Shown here: positions 7,611 through 14,947 of the stretch, one piece after another
Numbering within the stretch: the stretch's first letter is position 1
Layout: every line of letters begins with the position of its first letter
IMG/VR virus record: IMGVR_UViG_3300044297_000154
Location: 1-31,898 of that record
Source of the DNA: a virus
Lineage: Duplodnaviria; Caudoviricetes
Direction: 5' to 3' (one strand)
Length of the DNA: 31,898 nt
Notes under the pieces: model-generated
What the model was told of the DNA's origin: nothing
Databases searched by the model: none
The model's input: the letters and a program-made list of their open reading frames with translations, nothing else
Position numbers and translations under genes: made by a program

Positions 7611-7632
7611 TTGCAACCTTGACGCAACCACG
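7611..7632 (+). repeat. Right integrase arm-type site pair (direct repeat, copy 2)
   Basis: TTGCAACC-TTGAC-GCAACCACG; it abuts the integrase RBS (GGAG) and ATG at 7641. Confidence 0.7.
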
Positions 7633-7640
7633 GAGCCAAC

Positions 7641-8855
7641 ATGATCAGTCCCGCCGGCATCAAAACCCTGCAACCCGGTCGCGTCCTGCGTGACGACGTA
7701 GTGACCGGACTCGAAGTGCGTTCGTTCGCCAACGGACGCCAAGTATATTACCTGTGGTTCAGGACGAAGCTCGGCAAAGCGCGACACCCGAAGATCGGCG
7801 ATTGCGCCGTGATGTCGCTGGCGGACGCGCGGCGCATCGCAAAGGAAATGCTCACCGAAGTCGCCGCCGGCCGCGACCCGATTGCCGACCGCGGCAACGC
7901 CAAGCGCGAACCGACGATGGCCGACCTGTGGGACAAGTTCTGGACGCTGCATGCGCGCCACCTGAAATCGGGCGAGGACTACCGCCGCATGTGGGAGAAG
8001 ATCATCCGGCCAAAGCACGCCGAAACACGGGTGCGGGGCTTCACCTACGAGGCCGCAGTGGGTTTGCACCGTGGCTTCGAGGCCACGCCCTACCAGGCCA
8101 ACCGGATCCTGCAATTCCTGTCTGTGATGTTCAACTTCGCCGAGCGCCCGCTGAAGTGGCGCGACCTGCACTCCAATCCCTGCGCCGGCATCAAGCACTA
8201 TCAGGAAATCAAACGCAGACGTTACGCCACGCCGGATGAACTGACGGCCATCAACAAGGACTTGGCGGCGTGGGAAGCCGAGCGCCCGCAGGAAGTCGCG
8301 TTTATTTACCTGTTGCTCTACTCCGGCGCGCGCCCCGGCGAGATTGAAACGGCGCAGCGCGCGTGGCTGGACACCTTGCCCGAGGGCGGTGGCGTGCTGC
8401 GCTTGCCCGACTCCAAAACCGGCCAGCGTGACGTCTACCTGCCGCCGCAAGCAATGGCCGTCATCGGCAAGCTCCCCGAGTATCGGGACGGCACGATCTG
8501 CGGGCGCGACCAGCCGCGGAAGTTTTGGGCGAACGTGCGCCGGCGCGCAGGCTGCCCGGACCTGCGCATGTATCCCGACCTGCGCCGGTCGTTCGCCACC
8601 ACGGCGTTTTCGGCCGGGTTGTCGATCGACGCGGTGGGCGGGATGCTTGGCCACAAAACGCGGCAGACGACGCTGGTGTATGCGCATTTGCGCGAGGATG
8701 CCGCCGCGCAGGCGTCCACGGCAGCCGGCAATGCGATGGCGATGCTACTTCAGGGCAAAGGCAAAGCAGACGTTGGCGCCAGCGTAGAACAGCCAGGCGG
8801 TGCCGATCAGCAGGCTGCGGTCGAGGTAGAACCCCGCAGCGACCAGCCCGTATAG
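7641..8855 (+). CDS. int: Tyrosine integrase with a P4-like N-terminal arm-binding domain
   Basis: Arm domain LRDDVVTGLEVR...KIG...MSLADARRIA; catalytic SGARPGEI (R), DSKTG (K), PDLRRSFAT (R; the His position is atypical), LGH, TLVYAH (Y). Adjacent to attP. Confidence 0.93.
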   Translation: MISPAGIKTLQPGRVLRDDVVTGLEVRSFANGRQVYYLWFRTKLGKARHPKIGDCAVMSLADARRIAKEMLTEVAAGRDPIADRGNAKREPTMADLWDKFWTLHARHLKSGEDYRRMWEKIIRPKHAETRVRGFTYEAAVGLHRGFEATPYQANRILQFLSVMFNFAERPLKWRDLHSNPCAGIKHYQEIKRRRYATPDELTAINKDLAAWEAERPQEVAFIYLLLYSGARPGEIETAQRAWLDTLPEGGGVLRLPDSKTGQRDVYLPPQAMAVIGKLPEYRDGTICGRDQPRKFWANVRRRAGCPDLRMYPDLRRSFATTAFSAGLSIDAVGGMLGHKTRQTTLVYAHLREDAAAQASTAAGNAMAMLLQGKGKADVGASVEQPGGADQQAAVEVEPRSDQPV

Positions 8856-8888
8856 ACCGGCCGCTGCGATCAGGGGCCAGAAGGTCAT
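8745..8888 (-). CDS. Small two-TM membrane protein (47 aa), last gene of the lysis operon
   Basis: MTFWPLIAAAGLYGLVAAGFYLDRSLLIGTAWLFYAGANVCFAFALK. The ATG overlaps the holin stop (ATGA); two hydrophobic stretches. Confidence 0.65.
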   Translation of the reverse strand: MTFWPLIAAAGLYGLVAAGFYLDRSLLIGTAWLFYAGANVCFAFALK

Positions 8889-9292
8889 TTGGCCGCGACG
8901 CCGTTGATCTTCTCCACCGTGCGCAGGCCGCCGAGCCCGAGCAAGCCGAACAGCAGCGGCATCATTTCCCCGAGGTCGGCCGGCGCAATGGCGATCGGGT
9001 GATTCCAGATGGCCACTGCCAGAAACTTCGCCGCCGGCAGGCCGATCCAGTTCCACGCGCAGCCCGCACCGCACACCCAGCCGATGAACGGACGCCAGCC
9101 CGACACGAAGATCGACGGGTTCGACGCCTCCTGCGCGTTGACCTTGATCTGCTCCAGTGCCAGCGAAAACTCCTGCGTCTGCAGCGTGGCCATCATATCG
9201 AGCTTGGCCTTGTCGGCTGCGGCTTTGTCCGGTATCAGCCGGTCAACCACCTTCCCCACCAGATCGAAAATCGGAAGCACAAGCGGTCCCAT
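8885..9292 (-). CDS. Holin (GTA-type 3TM holin family)
   Basis: DRLIPD...AK, SGWRPFIGWVCG and LLFGLLGLGGLRTVEK signatures; adjacent to the endolysin. Confidence 0.85.
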   Translation of the reverse strand: MGPLVLPIFDLVGKVVDRLIPDKAAADKAKLDMMATLQTQEFSLALEQIKVNAQEASNPSIFVSGWRPFIGWVCGAGCAWNWIGLPAAKFLAVAIWNHPIAIAPADLGEMMPLLFGLLGLGGLRTVEKINGVAAK

Positions 9293-9763
9293 TTAAACCT
9301 CCATCGCCAGTTTGAAAATTCGTTTCAGCCACCCCGTCCCGTAGACATCGAAGTTACGGGTGCCGGTGTAACGCAGGGCGCGCGCCGCCAGATACAGCGC
9401 GCACAGTTCCTTCTGGTCGGCCTTACGTATGGCGGCCAGCGTGTTGTTGCCAATCGCGCCGTCCTGCGGCACGTTGGCGGCTTTCTGCAGCATCTTCACC
9501 GCGGCGTCGCAGCCCTGGTTCACGGCCGCGTCGAACACCAGAGCATTCAGTGGCCACGGCAGATCGTCGCAGCGCGTCGGCTTCCAGTATTTTTCGGCAT
9601 AGATTTGACCGGCCGCTGCCTGTGTCAGCGCGCGAATATCCACGTCGGGGTGATCCCGTTTTGTGATCCCCCAATTCGTTTCGCCGCCGGGGTCGCGCGG
9701 GTCGTTGACGTAGCCGCCCTCTGCACCAATGACGAGAGCGAACGCTTTATCAAAATCTGCCAT
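9293..9763 (-). CDS. Endolysin, glycoside hydrolase family 108 with a peptidoglycan-binding C-terminus
   Basis: EGGYVNDPRDPGGETNWGIT (GH108 signature), FDAAVNQG, DGAIGNNT, GWLKR. Confidence 0.93.
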   Translation of the reverse strand: MADFDKAFALVIGAEGGYVNDPRDPGGETNWGITKRDHPDVDIRALTQAAAGQIYAEKYWKPTRCDDLPWPLNALVFDAAVNQGCDAAVKMLQKAANVPQDGAIGNNTLAAIRKADQKELCALYLAARALRYTGTRNFDVYGTGWLKRIFKLAMEV

Positions 9764-9991
9764 TCAAATTTCCTTTCCACACATGCGTTTCGACGCTTCT
9801 TTGACGATGGACTTCAACGCTTCCATCGTCACGGTTTGGCAGCCGCCTTCACGCAGGCAGGCCGCCGCTTCCTCTTTAGACAGGACCATGACCACGGTGC
9901 CGTCACCTTTTCGCTCGACCTCGATCGCCGGCGCCGGGGAGAAGTGGCAGGTCGCCAGCAGGAACGGTAGCAACAGCGCGGTCTTTTTCAT
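9764..9991 (-). CDS. Small exported or lipoprotein-like protein (75 aa)
   Basis: MKKTALLLPFLLATC signal peptide (non-canonical lipobox) and CLREGGC. ATG at 9991 overlaps the upstream stop (ATGA). Confidence 0.65.
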   Translation of the reverse strand: MKKTALLLPFLLATCHFSPAPAIEVERKGDGTVVMVLSKEEAAACLREGGCQTVTMEALKSIVKEASKRMCGKEI

Positions 9992-10938
9992 GAGTACGCC
10001 TTTTCCAGAAAAGCCAATGACACAAACATCGGGTCGTAACGCCCGGCTTCGACTTCGTGTTTCACCACGATTTGCCGGCGCTGGCTGTTGCCCTGATAGC
10101 CAAGGTAATTTTCGTCGTGCAGGTAGCATGTGCCGCAGAACAGGCCGATCTGCTGCGTCTTTTTGTGCATGGCGATGTCGGTGTGCTGGACGTGACCCAT
10201 CGTGCATGACCGCTGGCGCTCGCGCAGCATCGCCGCCGCGCTCGACGCCGGCCTCCCGAGCACACCGCTGGTGAAGTAGTGCGCGTATTCGATGCCGTCG
10301 ATTTCCACCACTTTCAGAAAGTCGTGAACTTTCCAGCCATACTCGGCGATGCCCAAGTCCGTGATGTCGAACTTGCCGACGTATTCGGGGTTGGCGTCGG
10401 CCAGCCGCACGATGCGGTGTTCGTGGTTGCCGAGCGTGAATTCCTTGCGTGGTTCATATTTTTCCGTGGCCGTGCGGTTGTAGTCGTCGATTGGCTTCAG
10501 CAGCTTTTCCATCGCCGTCTGTCCGGCCTTGACGCAGTTGACGTAGCGCCGGCCTTCGAATGGCAGCTTGCCTTTGTCGTAGGCCGACAGCGATTCCATG
10601 TCCCAAAAGTCACCGATGCAGATGACCACGTCCGGCTTTTTCTCGACGATGTAATTGCCGATCCACTCCAAGTGATCGTTGCGCACACCGGGCTTTGACT
10701 GCACATCGGGGATGACCAGGTGCATGCGCCCGATGCGCTGCCGCTGGTAGACCCGTGGCGCGTCCTTGCGAAACGTCGGGCGCAGGCCGCGCGCCCGTCC
10801 TTGCTCAACGCGGTAGTCGATCACGCGGCCGGTCGCGGCGGTCGCACCCGCCTTGTGCGCCATGTGGCCACTGCCGTATTCCTCGACGAGATTCATGGCC
10901 TCGATGATCAGCGCGTCGGACAGTTTTGGAGTGGGCAT
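9988..10938 (-). CDS. Calcineurin-like metallophosphoesterase with an N-terminal HTH-like extension (316 aa)
   Basis: Motifs IPDVQ, GDFWD, GNHE, YAHYF, GHVQ. Start at ATG 10938 (MPTPKLS) in a TGATG overlap with the upstream gene. Confidence 0.88.
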   Translation of the reverse strand: MPTPKLSDALIIEAMNLVEEYGSGHMAHKAGATAATGRVIDYRVEQGRARGLRPTFRKDAPRVYQRQRIGRMHLVIPDVQSKPGVRNDHLEWIGNYIVEKKPDVVICIGDFWDMESLSAYDKGKLPFEGRRYVNCVKAGQTAMEKLLKPIDDYNRTATEKYEPRKEFTLGNHEHRIVRLADANPEYVGKFDITDLGIAEYGWKVHDFLKVVEIDGIEYAHYFTSGVLGRPASSAAAMLRERQRSCTMGHVQHTDIAMHKKTQQIGLFCGTCYLHDENYLGYQGNSQRRQIVVKHEVEAGRYDPMFVSLAFLEKAYS

Positions 10939-11279
10939 CAAAACCCCTTCAATGGCCAGCCCATTCGCCGGCAAACGATTTTGGCCAGCGCCTTGAAATT
11001 GGCGTCGTGGTCTTTCAGTTCGGCGTCGCCCTGCTTTTCCAGAACCATGTGGACAATCTCGTGCGCCAGCGTGCGCAGGACTGCGTAGGGCGTCTGGTCG
11101 GGGCAAATGTCGATCTTGTCCTGGTGCGGATAGTGGAATCCGTCGCAGCCCTTCTTGCGGCGCAGGCGCAGCGTCACCACGTCGGGCAGCACGCAATCGT
11201 GAAACGCCGCGCGAATCAGGAATTCGTAGGCGGCGCGCAGTGCTTCGTCGTCAAGCCAGTGGCTTTCGACTGCGTTCAT
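10938..11279 (-). CDS. Minimal SprT-like zincin metallopeptidase (113 aa)
   Basis: LRTLAHEIVH followed by HDANFKAL (HExxH...HxxxF); ATGA-coupled to the upstream gene. Confidence 0.72.
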   Translation of the reverse strand: MNAVESHWLDDEALRAAYEFLIRAAFHDCVLPDVVTLRLRRKKGCDGFHYPHQDKIDICPDQTPYAVLRTLAHEIVHMVLEKQGDAELKDHDANFKALAKIVCRRMGWPLKGF

Positions 11280-11554
11280 TTTTGGGAAATGATCAACGTC
11301 TTGAGTTCGTCAATGGACTTGTAAACACCGATCAGTCCATCGCGCAATTCCTTGCGACTGGTTTCCGAGCGATCAACGTATTCCTTGAAGTCGATCTTGC
11401 TCAAAGCGTTCTCCGCTTTCGCCTCGACGTGTTCAATGCGCGCGTGGATCAGGCCGAACGTCACTTTGCCAATCCCCGAAACGACGGCCAGAAACGGCGC
11501 CCACAGATTGTCGGCAAGCCACGTCAGCATCGTCGGATCGGGGGCGGCGCTCAT
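11276..11554 (-). CDS. Single-TM plus coiled-coil protein (92 aa), possible lysis accessory
   Basis: Hydrophobic WAPFLAVVSGIGKVTFGLI followed by a charged heptad-like tail; ATGA-coupled. Confidence 0.65.
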   Translation of the reverse strand: MSAAPDPTMLTWLADNLWAPFLAVVSGIGKVTFGLIHARIEHVEAKAENALSKIDFKEYVDRSETSRKELRDGLIGVYKSIDELKTLIISQK

Positions 11555-11763
11555 AGTTTCACCAACGGCGCAACGTCTGGATTTTCCGCAAGAAACGCTT
11601 CCAGCTTTTTTTGTGGTGTTTCCGCAGAGGCTTGCAACGCGGCTACGTTTGCTTCAAACGCCAAAACTTCTGGCGCATCGTTTGAATACTCGACCACCGA
11701 AAACGACTGTGCGCAATTAAACGGGCCGCCGACAATTACATTATTTTCCACTCGGTATAGCAT
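11551..11763 (-). CDS. Small protein after the tail fibre, probable fibre assembly chaperone (70 aa)
   Basis: TAATG coupling to the tail fibre stop; function inferred from position only. Confidence 0.6.
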   Translation of the reverse strand: MLYRVENNVIVGGPFNCAQSFSVVEYSNDAPEVLAFEANVAALQASAETPQKKLEAFLAENPDVAPLVKL

Positions 11764-13256
11764 TAGTCGTTTCTCCCTCGATAATCCGTCCAGCCAAGCG
11801 TTGCAATTCGCACAACGTCTGACGCACCGCTGGCGCTAACGCGATAACCGATTTGCGCAGAAGCGTTTGTCATTATTTCAACAGAGCCAACAGCCTCGTT
11901 CGCGCCGGAATATGACATCATGCCCAGCGGCGCAGCGGTGCTGGATGGCGCCTCGTCTGCCGCATCGAGGTCGCGCAGGTACACACTTACGTTAGACGAT
12001 GTGCCGGGAAAGAATGCTGCGTTAATTAAAGCCTTTACCTTGACCCCAGTTGGAACGCTGGCAAGCGTGGCGGTCACAGCGGCAGTGCCGGGGTTCGTCG
12101 TATTTACGTCAAGAACTGACGCGGACCAGCGAAAATAATCGCCCGTCTGCTTGAACAGTACCCACTGCGCAGAACCGTTAGTTTTACCCGCACCAATCCG
12201 CCGGTACTTCCCGCCTACATACGAACCGTTTAATGTAGGCGCACTGGCTGACAGCGAGAAAGTGACGTCAGCAGAGCCGCCAGCAGACGTGTCAATCGCA
12301 TAAAAGTGGTACCAGGTGTTATTCGCAATCGCGCCAGTGTCAAGACCGCCGTTGCCCGTGCCAGTTGCAAAAGCCGATGTCGTCTTAGCCATAGACGAGG
12401 CGAGCGATATGTATGCCGCGTTCGTGCTGTCCGTGGCCTGCCCTGCAGCTACGCTCATGGTTGTCGAACTGCCAGCCGTGCTCAACGCCATGCCTGCGAG
12501 CGCGCCGCGCACTATCCCACTCGCAGCCCCGTTCAGCGTCGTTCCCGACATCGACAAGCCGGTGCCGAGCGTAATCGCGGCGACGTTTCCGGTCGAACCG
12601 CGGCCAAGCAACTGCGAAGCCGACAGCGCGACATCAGTGGGCGCTGCAGAACTCGCCGTCGCGTTGGCCTTAACCGTGTTCGCAGCCATGTTCGCCAGCT
12701 TGGCGTTGGTCACGCTGCCGTCCGCCGGAACTTGCAAAGTCGCACTGCCGGCGTCGAGATTAGTCAATCCCGTGCCGCTACTGTTCCACGCAATGACTTT
12801 GCTTGCCGCCGGCGTCGGCAGCGTCAGCGTGGCGCTGGACGTGTCTGAATCGGAAAGAGTGAGCGAGCGCGACAGCAAATCCCGCACACGGCGCACCATC
12901 AACGTCAGAACGTCGAGCCCTTTTTCCACCGACTCGGCCGGGAGGGGATCGTTGTTGACCAGATCGAGGGTTTGCTGCACCGTCGGGTCGGCGTAGATGA
13001 TGACGTTTTTGCCGGTGGCCGGCGCCGCCGAAAACACTACGTTTCCGCCCGACAGGTAGCGACCGACGGAATCAGCCGTGCCGGTGATCGTGTAGTCGGA
13101 ATTGAGAACCTGGGTCGTGGTCGTCAGGAGCGTCGTGTCGTAGAGCAAAACCACCAGATCGGCCTGCGCCGTGAAGGGGTAACTGTAGGCGAACGTCGTC
13201 GTGACGCCGTTGCCTGCCGATGAAACCCGATTGGATGCTGCGGCCGAAATGGTCAT
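11763..13256 (-). CDS. Tail fibre / receptor-binding protein
   Basis: N-terminal GNGVTTTFAYSYPF...DYTITG...GGNVVF..AP...LD.LT resembles the T7 gp17-like adaptor-binding domain; Ser/Thr/Ala/Gly-rich shaft; C-terminal GGLDTG...WYH...YRRIG head domain. Confidence 0.88.
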   Translation of the reverse strand: MTISAAASNRVSSAGNGVTTTFAYSYPFTAQADLVVLLYDTTLLTTTTQVLNSDYTITGTADSVGRYLSGGNVVFSAAPATGKNVIIYADPTVQQTLDLVNNDPLPAESVEKGLDVLTLMVRRVRDLLSRSLTLSDSDTSSATLTLPTPAASKVIAWNSSGTGLTNLDAGSATLQVPADGSVTNAKLANMAANTVKANATASSAAPTDVALSASQLLGRGSTGNVAAITLGTGLSMSGTTLNGAASGIVRGALAGMALSTAGSSTTMSVAAGQATDSTNAAYISLASSMAKTTSAFATGTGNGGLDTGAIANNTWYHFYAIDTSAGGSADVTFSLSASAPTLNGSYVGGKYRRIGAGKTNGSAQWVLFKQTGDYFRWSASVLDVNTTNPGTAAVTATLASVPTGVKVKALINAAFFPGTSSNVSVYLRDLDAADEAPSSTAAPLGMMSYSGANEAVGSVEIMTNASAQIGYRVSASGASDVVRIATLGWTDYRGRND

Positions 13257-13280
13257 TTGACACCCCCAAAACGTATTATC

Positions 13281-13508
13281 TCACTGCGTTGCGTTTTGCT
13301 CAACCACATGGACAAATGCCTGTGCCACCATCGGCATCCAGACTTCCCACTCGGCGTCGTCCAGCTCCCGGCGCCGGCGGTCGTTCCACTTGTCGAAAAT
13401 CGTCCCGCCGCCGCCCATCGGCATCGTCGATACCACGGGCGGGGGCGTCGGGGCGGCAGCGTTGCTCGCCCCCGTAAACAGCCCGACCGAAACCCACAGT
13501 GCCAGCAT
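13281..13508 (-). CDS. Hypothetical protein (75 aa)
   Basis: Fills the gap between the 405-aa gene and the tail fibre on the coding strand; GGGG...RRRRELDD motif. Confidence 0.55.
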   Translation of the reverse strand: MLALWVSVGLFTGASNAAAPTPPPVVSTMPMGGGGTIFDKWNDRRRRELDDAEWEVWMPMVAQAFVHVVEQNATQ

Positions 13509-13509
13509 G

Positions 13510-14727
13510 TCAATTCGGAATGTAGTTGTATTGAATGTTCGTGATCGTGAACGACGGCGTAGTGCCGCCGATCGTCCAAACCACGCGCCAGGTGCGCGGC
13601 AGCGGCACGTTTGCGGTAGCGGTTGTTCCAGTCGTCGTCGTGCCTGCCGTTACTGCGATGCCGGGATACACCGTGATCCCGTAAACGCCGGTCGCCGTCA
13701 GCGAGGCCGTCGTCGCGCCCGGAATGTCGTACCAAGTCGTGCCTCCGTCCGCACTGCCCTGCATCTTGATAACGCACGTCGGCGTCGTGCCTGTCACCGC
13801 GCCCATGTTCACGACAAGCTGGATGCCTTTGTTGCCGACGTTTGCGATCGTCGCGCCGTTTCCGGTTGCGACCTTCGCGCCCGTGTCGCCGGTCGTCAGG
13901 TTGCCCGACATGCCGCGCTGCAAATCCCACGTCGAGCCGTTGTAAACCATGTTGACCACGGCTTGTTTGCCGAGCGTCGGGTTTGCAAACGCATCTGCCA
14001 TCGCCGCCGACGCCGTGACCAGCGCGCCGCCTGGCCGCGGGTCCACGGTCAGCGCGGGGTCGGTGAACGCGGCTGCGGTGCTCGCCGCTTTAACCGCCGG
14101 CGAATTTGTGCCATCCGATATTTGCGCAAACCAGCGCGTCGCCGCGCTGCCGAGCGCCTGCGTTGCAGTTGCTTGAAGGCTCGCCGGGGTTGCCTGTGCC
14201 ACCGTAAAACTTGCGCCCGTTCCGGGCTGCACATGCACGGCGTTTGTCGCGCCGACGTTCGTGCCGCCGTACTGCGCCATGTTCACTGACTGATTCGCTG
14301 CGAGTGACCATGCGCCGGATTGCGTCACCGCAACTGTCGCGTTCGTGACATTGACGTTCGCGCTGGTGCCGGTCAGCGCCCACACTGTCCCGTCCGGTTT
14401 CGTCGCCACGGCAGCGGCGATGCTGACGGGCTGGGTTGCTTGCCAGAACGTCCCTGTTACCGCTTGCGTCGCCGGAAAGTTGGATACCGAAACACTCCAC
14501 GCGCCGGATTGCGTGACGGCAGCCGTGCCTGACAGCGACACCGACCACGATCCTTGCTGCGCCACAGGCAAGCCCGCGCTTGACGTGACCGGCTGCAGAA
14601 CGTTGGCGCCCGGCGTCAGCGTCGTTGCGTAGGAAACGACGTTGGCAGGCCACTGCGCCGTGCCGTCATCCAGCGACCGGAAAGTTGAACCGCCCGCACC
14701 TGGATTCGCAATTACATTGTCGGCCAT
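13510..14727 (-). CDS. Virion fibre/spike-like beta-strand repeat protein with a C-terminal jelly-roll-like domain (405 aa)
   Basis: Very Thr/Ala/Gly/Val-rich; repeats QQGSWSVS, VTQSGAWSVS, VTQSGAWSLA; C-terminal MQGSADGGTTWYDI...LPRTWRVVWTIGGTTPS. Confidence 0.7.
   Translation of the reverse strand: MADNVIANPGAGGSTFRSLDDGTAQWPANVVSYATTLTPGANVLQPVTSSAGLPVAQQGSWSVSLSGTAAVTQSGAWSVSVSNFPATQAVTGTFWQATQPVSIAAAVATKPDGTVWALTGTSANVNVTNATVAVTQSGAWSLAANQSVNMAQYGGTNVGATNAVHVQPGTGASFTVAQATPASLQATATQALGSAATRWFAQISDGTNSPAVKAASTAAAFTDPALTVDPRPGGALVTASAAMADAFANPTLGKQAVVNMVYNGSTWDLQRGMSGNLTTGDTGAKVATGNGATIANVGNKGIQLVVNMGAVTGTTPTCVIKMQGSADGGTTWYDIPGATTASLTATGVYGITVYPGIAVTAGTTTTGTTATANVPLPRTWRVVWTIGGTTPSFTITNIQYNYIPN
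14312..14514. repeat. Intragenic 14-bp direct repeat encoding part of the TQSGAW peptide repeats
   Basis: GCGCCGGATTGCGT at 14312-14325 and 14501-14514. Confidence 0.8.
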
Positions 14728-14730
14728 GCC

Positions 14731-14946
14731 TTACCCCGCTTTCTTGACTTCCATGCCCAGCGGCCGGCCTTCGCCGTCGCGGACGAATTTGAATACATAC
14801 GCCGATGCGTCAGCCTTCTGCGCCACGGGCGCCGGCTTTGATTCGAGAGCCTGGACGCGGGCGGTTAGCGCGGCGATCGTGTCTTGCAGACGCGCAAGCT
14901 CTGCTTCTATCTCAAGGTATAGTGGAATGCTCAATTCTTCAGCCAT
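14731..14946 (-). CDS. Small coiled-coil protein (71 aa)
   Basis: Heptads IEAELARLQDTIAALTARVQALES; C-terminal FVRDGEGRPLGMEV; GGAGG RBS upstream. Confidence 0.7.
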   Translation of the reverse strand: MAEELSIPLYLEIEAELARLQDTIAALTARVQALESKPAPVAQKADASAYVFKFVRDGEGRPLGMEVKKAG

Positions 14947-14947
14947 G

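Noticed and set aside
7383-7632. CRISPR or mini-array
   Set aside because: Only two short imperfect repeats about 230 bp apart, with no repeat-spacer periodicity; better explained as att arm sites.
11551-13256. Diversity-generating retroelement, as in BPP-1
   Set aside because: No reverse transcriptase or Avd gene, and no second copy of the fibre 3' end differing at adenines was seen in the window.
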